Shown here in pieces: positions 57,243-64,000 of a stretch of DNA of 64,000 bases (position 1 is the first letter of the stretch; every line of letters starts with the position of its first letter). Origin of the DNA: Steroidobacteraceae bacterium (GTDB lineage Bacteria > Pseudomonadota > Gammaproteobacteria > Steroidobacterales > Steroidobacteraceae); NCBI GenBank assembly GCA_036004505.1, contig DASYRK010000033.1, positions 52,184-116,183 of the forward strand, in the 5' to 3' direction. Below the pieces are notes generated by a model. It was not told where the DNA came from, searched no databases, and worked only from the letters and a program-made list of their open reading frames with translations. A program made the position numbers and the translations under genes.

Positions 57243-57288
57243 GGCGGAATTTCACCTTTGACGGGGTTCGCATCATGATACGCGACAG

Positions 57289-58374
57289 ATGACATCCGAC
57301 ACGCCGCCAGCTGCTCCCGCCGTCACGGCGGAGGGCGAAGCATTTGCATCCGCGCCCAGGCGCCTCCACTACGTCAGCGTCGAGAAGCCGGAGCCGGGCT
57401 CGAGCGTCGCGATCGCGCCGGGTGTGCGCTGGGCGCGCATTCCGCTGCCGCTGGACCTGAACCACATCAACGTGTGGCTCGTCGCAACCGAAGACGGTTG
57501 CGTGATCGTCGACACCGGCATGGCCGTGCAGATCGGCAAGGACGCGTGGGAAGCGATCGAGCGCGAAACGTTCGCGACGCAGCCGGTGCGCGCAGTGTTC
57601 GTCACGCACATTCATCCCGATCACAGCGGCCTCGCCGCGTGGCTGCAGGAGCGCTACCGCGTGCCGGTGCTCATGTCGGCTCACACGCACGACCTGCTGC
57701 GAACCCTGGCGACGGGCGAGGGCAGGCCGCGAGCGGGGCAGGTCGAGGAATTCTTCCACTCGCACGGCCTGAGCGACGTCGCGCAGGTGCTGCCGATGTT
57801 CAGGCCCGAGCGCTTCGGCCGCATGACCAGCGGGCTGCCGCAGGTCGAGCGCCTCGTCGCCGAGGGCGACACGGTGCGCTGGGGCGGTGGCGAGTGGTCG
57901 GCGATGCAAACTGACGGACACGCGCAGGGCCACCTGTGCTTGTCGAACGCTGCCGCGCGCGTGCTGATCAGCGGCGACCAGGTGCTGCCGTCGATCTCAT
58001 CGAACATCAGCTACGGTTTTCACGTCGCGGATGCGAATCCGCTCCGCTCGTATCTCGATTCGCTGCAACGCTTGCGCGCGCTGTCAGCCGCTACGCTGGT
58101 GCTGCCCTCGCACGGCGTACCGTTCCAGGGACTGCATCAGCGCATCGATGATCTGACGATGCATCACGAGGAACAGCTCGCGAAGGTCGAGCAGCGCTGC
58201 AGCGAGCCGCGCACTGCCGCCGAGCTGTTGCCGACGATGTTCCGTCGCGAGCTGAAGGGCATGCACCTGTTCCTCGCTTTCGGCGAAGCGCTCGCGCATC
58301 TCGAGTACCTGGTGCACGCGGGACGCTTGCGTCGGGAAACGTCCGCAGGCGTCATCCGCTACGCGGCTCAGTAG
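57289..58374 (+). CDS. MBL-fold metallo-hydrolase
   Basis: VDTG, THIHPDHSG, GHAQGH, SGDQVLP, PSHG. Confidence 0.9.
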   Translation: MTSDTPPAAPAVTAEGEAFASAPRRLHYVSVEKPEPGSSVAIAPGVRWARIPLPLDLNHINVWLVATEDGCVIVDTGMAVQIGKDAWEAIERETFATQPVRAVFVTHIHPDHSGLAAWLQERYRVPVLMSAHTHDLLRTLATGEGRPRAGQVEEFFHSHGLSDVAQVLPMFRPERFGRMTSGLPQVERLVAEGDTVRWGGGEWSAMQTDGHAQGHLCLSNAAARVLISGDQVLPSISSNISYGFHVADANPLRSYLDSLQRLRALSAATLVLPSHGVPFQGLHQRIDDLTMHHEEQLAKVEQRCSEPRTAAELLPTMFRRELKGMHLFLAFGEALAHLEYLVHAGRLRRETSAGVIRYAAQ

Positions 58375-60452
58375 TCGATCCACTCCACCGGGAATGCCGG
58401 CTTCACGCCGGTGATCCTGCGCAGCGTCGTCTCGATCGTCGTCGCGTCGTTGTCGAAGCTGCCGTGGCATGCACGGATGCGCCGGCCGAGCGTGCCGGTC
58501 GAAACCTGCTTGGTGCTCACCACGTCGAGGCCGTTGCCGCTCGCGCTCCAGAATTTCTGCCACAGCTTCACGCTCTCGAGCTCGTCCTCGTGCCATTTCG
58601 GATTCGCCTTCGCCTCGAACGTCTGCTCCAGGCCGAGGATCGGCATCTTGTGGCAGGTCTCGAGCGCGCGGCTCACGAGATAGAGCAGCGACTTGCGATA
58701 CGGACCGACCGTGTCGCAGATCTCGACCGCATCCGCGAGCGTGTGGATGTGCAAACGCTTGCGCGGCAGCACGTTGTTCTCGATCGCCGGCACATAGTGC
58801 TGGACCGCGAAGCGCACCGTACACGCCGGCGCGTACAGATGACAGCTCGCGACGTCGAGCTTGCGCGCGGGAAGCAGGTCGAGCAGATGTCCGAGAATGA
58901 TCGAGCCCGCCGAGTGGCCGATGAGGTGGATCTCCAGTTGCGGCACCGTTGCTTTGAGCTGCACGAGCGCGTCGGCGAGCAGAGTGCAGCCGCGGCCCGG
59001 CTCGACGGAGCTGGCGGCGTTCTGCTTCATCTGACTCCAGATCGGCTTGGCCGCGGGCCGCGCGAGCACTTCGACCGTGCGATCGAGCACTTCCGCGGCG
59101 GTTTCCTTGACGCGCTCGAACAGGTCGCCGATGTCGCCTTCGGGGCGCGGCACCTTCTTCAATTCGTCTTCCAGAATGCCGCAGAGCGTCTCGGTCGGGC
59201 CGGTGCGCCACGTGAGGAACACCGGGTAGACGCCGTTCGCTTTGAAGTACGGCGCGAGCGTCTGAATGCGTTGCACCGATGCGTCTTCCGAGTTCAGTCC
59301 GCCGTGCGCATAGATCGCGATGCGCCGCGGTTTCGCGCCGCCTTGCCAGAAGCGTTGCGGCGCGTCGCACGCGAGATCGCGCACGCAAGTCGCGCCGTTC
59401 TCGTGCGTGAGGATGCGATTGATCACCGCGCCGTCGTTGCCCATTACGAGCGTGTGCCGATACGCCTCCTCGGCGCTCCAGCGCGCGACTTCCTTCTGCA
59501 CCTGCGGCGGGGGCTCCGCTGCGTTGCCGGATACGAACGTGATGGCGCCGGCTCGCGCGATTACCGTCTTTTCTTTCGCGATCGCGGGCACGCTCGCAGC
59601 CTTGGTCGCGTCGGCCGGCACGCCGAGCGCGGCGATCCAGGCATCGGTGCCGTACTTCACCCATTCTTCGTAGGGCAGCACGCCGAAGCCGCAATTACCC
59701 CACGGCAGGCCCCACGAGTTCTGGACCACGAAGCCGATGCGGTTGTAGCCGACCAGCGCGAACGCATGACCGCCGAGCGAGTCCGCCTTGCGAATACCTT
59801 TGACCACCGGCAGCGAGGCATGTCCGTCGATCTTCCTGTTGCGCGCTTCGATGCCCCAGCCGTCGTGCACGTCTGCGGACACATAGATCGCGCCGATCTC
59901 GTGAATCGCCGCCTGCATATCGACGACCGACGCGCGGTTGAGGCGGTAGTAGACACCGAGTCGCCGCTCCATGGCGTCCTCGGCCCAGCCGTCGCCCGGT
60001 TTGACGAAGCGCACGTGGCCGGCCTTGTCCCGGTACGGCCACATGTTCTCGGTGCACACGCCGTGCTTGTGCCACGCCTTGAGCGCGCCGCGGCAGCTCG
60101 AGCCGTCGTAGTCTTCGCCGGGCCACTCGTCGTAGAAGCGCGCCAGGTGATACAGCATGCGCGGACTGACGGGATGCTGCTTGCGCTTGTCGCTCACTTC
60201 GAGCGCCACGCGCCAGTTCAGGTAGTTCACGACGCACGCCAGGCCGAAGCCGGTGCACGCGCCTTCGGAGCCCTGATCGAGCACGAGTCCGGATTTGCAG
60301 TAGCGCGGCAGCAGGCGGCGGATCGCCGCGTCGTTCGGCCACTGCTGCGGCAGTGAGACCACGTTCGGCGTGAACTCGCGATCGCGCAGATCGAGGCGGT
60401 CGGGGCGTGCGTCCAGCGTGCGGCCGATGCTCTTCACGAACTTGGCGGGCAT
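58368..60452 (-). CDS. Papain-like C1 peptidase fused to an alpha/beta-hydrolase-like domain
   Basis: DQGSEGACTGF, GGHAFALVGY, QNSWG..WG. C-terminal YAHGGLNSE, LIGHSAG, HGSFDND. No signal peptide. Confidence 0.82.
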   Translation of the reverse strand: MPAKFVKSIGRTLDARPDRLDLRDREFTPNVVSLPQQWPNDAAIRRLLPRYCKSGLVLDQGSEGACTGFGLACVVNYLNWRVALEVSDKRKQHPVSPRMLYHLARFYDEWPGEDYDGSSCRGALKAWHKHGVCTENMWPYRDKAGHVRFVKPGDGWAEDAMERRLGVYYRLNRASVVDMQAAIHEIGAIYVSADVHDGWGIEARNRKIDGHASLPVVKGIRKADSLGGHAFALVGYNRIGFVVQNSWGLPWGNCGFGVLPYEEWVKYGTDAWIAALGVPADATKAASVPAIAKEKTVIARAGAITFVSGNAAEPPPQVQKEVARWSAEEAYRHTLVMGNDGAVINRILTHENGATCVRDLACDAPQRFWQGGAKPRRIAIYAHGGLNSEDASVQRIQTLAPYFKANGVYPVFLTWRTGPTETLCGILEDELKKVPRPEGDIGDLFERVKETAAEVLDRTVEVLARPAAKPIWSQMKQNAASSVEPGRGCTLLADALVQLKATVPQLEIHLIGHSAGSIILGHLLDLLPARKLDVASCHLYAPACTVRFAVQHYVPAIENNVLPRKRLHIHTLADAVEICDTVGPYRKSLLYLVSRALETCHKMPILGLEQTFEAKANPKWHEDELESVKLWQKFWSASGNGLDVVSTKQVSTGTLGRRIRACHGSFDNDATTIETTLRRITGVKPAFPVEWIDY

Positions 60453-60615
60453 GGTTGTTCTCCTTCGTGGCCCGCGAACGTCTACCGAAACGGGGTGCGC
60501 TTTTCAATTGGCCGGGCGGGCGAAACGAGTGAACGCACTGAAGTTATTGAAACCTGCCGGCCGGCTCTATCATGGTCGGCGGCGGCGCAGGCAATGCCGC
60601 CCGAAGGAGATGGCA

Positions 60616-60957
60616 ATGAGCGCCCTGCCGGCAATGGCGATCGCGATCGCAATCAGCGCGTGCGTCAGCACGATCCTCGTCACGGGTCTGATCACGCCGC
60701 TGCGCGCGGTGCTGCGCCGGGTGTGCCCGGGACCGGAAGGCGAGAACTTCTGGGCGCGGTTCACCGTGCTGATGCTGTACCTGTCGCCGCTGCTGATCGC
60801 GCTCGTGTTTGGCGTGCCGTATAGCAGGGAGCTCGTGCAGCTCGATGCCGGTGAGCTCGCGCAACGCGTCCTGTCGTCGGCGCTGTTCGGCGCCTTCGCG
60901 GCGCTGGGCGGAATCGGGCTGCGCATGGCCACTCTGCGGACGCCGACTCGTGCGTGA
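60616..60957 (+). CDS. Small integral membrane protein, unknown function
   Basis: Three hydrophobic segments, GAAGGAG SD; overlaps the hisN start. Confidence 0.6.
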   Translation: MSALPAMAIAIAISACVSTILVTGLITPLRAVLRRVCPGPEGENFWARFTVLMLYLSPLLIALVFGVPYSRELVQLDAGELAQRVLSSALFGAFAALGGIGLRMATLRTPTRA

Positions 60958-61765
60958 GTTCGTCGAATTCGCCGTGCATCTCGCGGATCTGGCCGACGAG
61001 CAGATCCTGCCGCGCTTTCGCGCGCCGGTCGGCCAAGAGATCGGCGTGAAGAACAAGAGCACTGGCGGCGGCTTCGATCCGGTGACGATCGCGGACCGCG
61101 AGGCCGAAGCGGCGATCCGGCGCGAGATCCGCCGCGTGTATCCGGACCACGGCATCCTCGGCGAGGAGCACGGCTTCGACGCCGGCAGCAGTGTGTACAC
61201 CTGGATCCTCGATCCGATCGACGGCACGCGCTCGTTCGTCCTCGGGCAGCTCCACTGGGGCACGTTGATTGCGCTCAACGATGGCAACGCGCCGGTCGTC
61301 GGTTTGATGCGCCAGCCCTATACGGGCGAGACGTTCATTGGAACCGCAGCCGGGTCCGAACTACGCCGCGGGACCAGCACGACGCCATTGACGGCGCGCG
61401 CAGCGTCGCGACTCGCGGACGTCACGGTCTGCGCAACGGATCCGACGATGTTTGCGGGTGAGGCGCACCAACGAGCGTTCGCGCGGCTTGCCCCGCACGC
61501 TCGAGCCGTGCGCTTCGGCGGCGACTGCTACACGCCGTGTCTCGTCGCCGGCGGCTGGGCCGATCTGGTCGTGGAAGCGGGACTGAAGCCGTGGGACGTG
61601 CAGGCGCTGATTCCAATCGTGCAAGGCGCAGGCGGCGTCATCACAGATTGGTCAGGCGGCCCGGCAGATCGCGCCAGCGAGGTCATCATCGCCGCCAACC
61701 GCCCACTGCACTCGGAGGTCGTGGCCGCACTCGCGTGGTCGGTGCCGGGAGAAAAAAACGGGTGA
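60950..61765 (+). CDS. hisN: Histidinol-phosphatase, inositol monophosphatase family
   Basis: DPVTIADREAE, GEE, WILDPIDGTRSF, FGGDCY, PWD. Confidence 0.85.
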   Translation: MREFVEFAVHLADLADEQILPRFRAPVGQEIGVKNKSTGGGFDPVTIADREAEAAIRREIRRVYPDHGILGEEHGFDAGSSVYTWILDPIDGTRSFVLGQLHWGTLIALNDGNAPVVGLMRQPYTGETFIGTAAGSELRRGTSTTPLTARAASRLADVTVCATDPTMFAGEAHQRAFARLAPHARAVRFGGDCYTPCLVAGGWADLVVEAGLKPWDVQALIPIVQGAGGVITDWSGGPADRASEVIIAANRPLHSEVVAALAWSVPGEKNG

Positions 61766-61834
61766 AACTCAGCAGTGCAGCACTCCGCAATGTTGCAGCG
61801 CTGAGTTTCCCCTCGATTTCTCTCCCGGCACCCG

Positions 61835-62533
61835 TCAGGGCTGGTCGCCGGAGAAGGTGACGGCCTTGGCGCCTTCGACGGCGCCGATCTTCGCGCGATC
61901 GCTCACGTACAGCTCGACCTCGTGCTCGAAGCGCAGGCGGCCGTCGACGATGGCGCCCGGGCCGATGACGATGCGCGGAATGTGGCGCTTGCCGATGTTC
62001 CAGCCGCCGTTCGGCTTCTCGACCAGGATGCCGCCTTCGACGCGCGCCTGCGGGCCGACGGTGATGTCGCCGTTGACGGTCTTGAGTCCGCCGCCGACAT
62101 GCGCCGCATTGATCGTCATCTTGCCGTTGACGTTCGACAGGCCGCCGCCGACGTTCGAGCCCTTGGCGAGATCGGCTGAGCCGTTCACAGCGGAGACGTC
62201 GCCGCTGACCTGCGCGCCTTCGGCGAGCTTCAGCTTGCCGTTCACCGTCTCCAGGCTCGCCGCCTTCGCGTTCTCGTTCAGCGTGATGCCGCCGTTGACG
62301 CTCTCGACGCCCTTCACCGTCGCATTGCGCTCGATGCTGATCGAGCCGTTGACCGTGTCGACGTCGTCGGCGGTGGCGCCTTCCTCGATCGTGACCGAGC
62401 CATTGACGGTCGAAACGTCACCGGCGGTCTGGCCGGCTTCGACGCGCACCGAGCCGTTCACTTTGGAAACGCTGCCTGAGGCGAACGCCGCCAGCGGCAA
62501 GCAGGCGAGGAGCGCGAGACACAGGGTTTTCAT
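61835..62533 (-). CDS. DUF4097-like beta-solenoid repeat exported protein
   Basis: Signal peptide and eight roughly 20-aa repeats centred on x-V-N-G. Confidence 0.8.
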   Translation of the reverse strand: MKTLCLALLACLPLAAFASGSVSKVNGSVRVEAGQTAGDVSTVNGSVTIEEGATADDVDTVNGSISIERNATVKGVESVNGGITLNENAKAASLETVNGKLKLAEGAQVSGDVSAVNGSADLAKGSNVGGGLSNVNGKMTINAAHVGGGLKTVNGDITVGPQARVEGGILVEKPNGGWNIGKRHIPRIVIGPGAIVDGRLRFEHEVELYVSDRAKIGAVEGAKAVTFSGDQP

Positions 62534-62611
62534 CGAGAGTCCTCCATTCTTCGTGTCAGGTTGGATGCGGTCCGCCTGCCCAGGGTTGCAAGGCTCGTGT
62601 AAGGTTTCGCC

Positions 62612-63082
62612 ATGGATGCGATCTCGCATGTCGCCGCCGTTGCACAGGTCATTCAGGCGGCCGTGGCGCCGGTGTTCCTGCTGGCCGGCGTCGGGACGAC
62701 ACTGAACGTCCTGGCGACCCGCATCGGCAGGATCATAGACGGCGCGCGCGTCATGGAGGGCAGGCTGCACACGGCGACCCCGGACGATGCACGCGACCTG
62801 CATGCGCGGCTGCGCGTGCTCTCCAGAAGGGCCACGTTGATCAATCGTGCGATCGGATTGTGCGTGCTGTGCGGCCTGCTCGTGTCGCTGGTGGTCGCTG
62901 CGCTGTTCGTGAGCTCGTCGTTGCGCATCGATCTTGCCGGCCCGATTGCAGTCGCCTTCGTGATCGCGCTGCTGAGTCTGGCGGCGGCGCTGCTGCTTTT
63001 TCTGCGCGAAGTGTTCATCGCGACAAGCTCGCTCACCTTCGGTGGCACGCGTCCTGCGCCCGCCGACGTCGCCAAACAATGA
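62612..63082 (+). CDS. DUF2721-family membrane protein
   Basis: IQAAVAPVFLLAGVG, RIGRIIDGAR, FLREVFIA. Confidence 0.88.
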   Translation: MDAISHVAAVAQVIQAAVAPVFLLAGVGTTLNVLATRIGRIIDGARVMEGRLHTATPDDARDLHARLRVLSRRATLINRAIGLCVLCGLLVSLVVAALFVSSSLRIDLAGPIAVAFVIALLSLAAALLLFLREVFIATSSLTFGGTRPAPADVAKQ

Positions 63083-63190
63083 CAGTGCCGAACCAAAAGT
63101 GTCAGGTCCGGGCAATCCACGGCGTTTGCCCCGATTCCGTGATGCACTCCACACAATTGCATTCACCGGACCCGGCATCATCGGGGTCAC

Positions 63191-63697
63191 ATGGTGCAAA
63201 TGCCTCCAGAAATCGTGGTGCAGCCGGATGCTTTCCGCGTCACCCGCGAACCCTTGTTGCTGGTCTCCGAATTGCGCGCCGCTCTCGCGGTCTGTCTCTT
63301 CGATGACACGCAGGCGGTTGGCGGCCTCCTGCATTTGCGTTACGTCGCGACAGCCGGCACTCAGCCTGTCGACCTGACGGACAACACGCTGAGTTCCGAC
63401 CTGCTGCTGATGGACCGCTTCTGCAAGGAGCTGCGCTCAGCGGGCGCACGCAAGCAGAGCTGGCGCGTCAGCATCTTCGGCCACACGCCGCAGCAGCCGG
63501 CGATGGAAGGCCCAGCGGCGACGGTGATCGACCTGGCGAAGGCGTACTTCTCCGATGCGCGCCTGCCGGTGGAGTGCAAGGAGTTTCGCCGCGAGCTCGG
63601 CGTCGTGGTCCGCATGGACGCGCGCGAGGGCCGCATCTGGGTGAACGGCACGCCCGGCACCGCCACGACCCGCCTCGCCGCCCCCGAACGCGGCTGA
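63191..63697 (+). CDS. CheD-like protein, catalytically degenerate
   Basis: LAVCLFD..VGGLLHL, SIFG and similar length. The GSC motif is replaced by RAA. Confidence 0.6.
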   Translation: MVQMPPEIVVQPDAFRVTREPLLLVSELRAALAVCLFDDTQAVGGLLHLRYVATAGTQPVDLTDNTLSSDLLLMDRFCKELRSAGARKQSWRVSIFGHTPQQPAMEGPAATVIDLAKAYFSDARLPVECKEFRRELGVVVRMDAREGRIWVNGTPGTATTRLAAPERG

Positions 63698-63717
63698 CCG
63701 CCCTGCAGTCCGTGCAC

Positions 63718-63740
63718 GTCGGGCTTTAGCCGGACTCTAC
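63718..63740 (-). repeat. Second, degenerate GTAG-type REP copy
   Basis: Minus strand GTAGAGTCCGGCTAAAGCCCGAC versus GTAGGTCGGGCTGAAGCCCGAC at 53288. Confidence 0.6.
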
Positions 63741-63787
63741 GTGCTAGCCTTGGCCCCGCCGACAACAACGACGCCGAGGCACGTGCC

Positions 63788-64000
63788 GTGCAATCAGCCG
63801 CAGCGCCGTCCGCGCCGCTCTACCAATCGCTCTATTTCCAGGTCCTGATCGCAATCGCCCTCGGCGCGACGCTCGGCTATTTCTGGCCCGAGACCGGCGT
63901 GCGGATGGAATGGCTCGGCCAGGGCTTCATCAAGCTCATCACGATGCTGATCGCGCCCGTGATCTTCTGCACGGTCGTCGTCGGCATCGCCGGCATGGAG
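63788..64000 (+). CDS. dctA: C4-dicarboxylate transporter DctA (3' truncated)
   Basis: Hand translation: [16 protein letters not shown]...[29 protein letters not shown]. Confidence 0.9.
   Translation, partial: MQSAAAPSAPLYQSLYFQVLIAIALGATLGYFWPETGVRMEWLGQGFIKLITMLIAPVIFCTVVVGIAGME

Noticed and set aside
61900-62470. Recurring CCGTTGAC/CCGTTCA DNA motifs as a repeat array
   Set aside because: They are fully explained by the VNG protein repeats of the DUF4097-like gene.
1-64000. rRNA, tRNA, transposase, integrase or prophage genes
   Set aside because: None were recognised. The island has no flanking direct repeats or obvious compositional shift, so recent horizontal acquisition is not supported.

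Overview
GC-rich bacterial chromosome segment. Gene content and order (rhlB/trxA/rho, plsB, glgC/glgA, phaR, yrfG, Oar-like TonB receptor) suggest a Steroidobacter/Xanthomonadales-like gammaproteobacterium; this is an inference, not a database result. About two thirds is housekeeping or general metabolism: double-length UvrA, glycogen genes, cysK, an RND pump, M32/M20/C1 peptidases, ttcA, plsB, pldA, arfB, mscS, rhlB-trxA-rho, an EAL-CBS-GGDEF protein, DUF1800/DUF1501, hisN and dctA. The stand-out region is about 6.1-25.5 kb. A Cys-rich TonB-dependent receptor is followed by 16 tightly packed genes in alternating mini-operons. They encode 8 non-heme Fe/2OG dioxygenase domains from 5 families (4 AspH-type, JmjC, prolyl-4-hydroxylase-type, PiuC/PKHD-type, TIGR02466-type), 5 sulfotransferase(-like) domains, TPR/Sel1 modules on six enzymes, an exported esterase and three paralogues of an uncharacterised small exported protein. 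No NRPS/PKS, PAPS-synthesis gene or clear precursor peptide is present, so the substrate is unknown. Non-coding signals include a candidate minus-strand sRNA (about 36.12-36.28 kb) with 14-nt perfect complementarity to the receptor's ribosome-binding site, a 23-bp perfect inverted-repeat element lying in frame in the uvrA linker, GTAG-type REP palindromes and several structured intergenic regions. I saw no rRNA, tRNA, CRISPR array or transposase. All family assignments come from motif recognition by eye; no searches were run.
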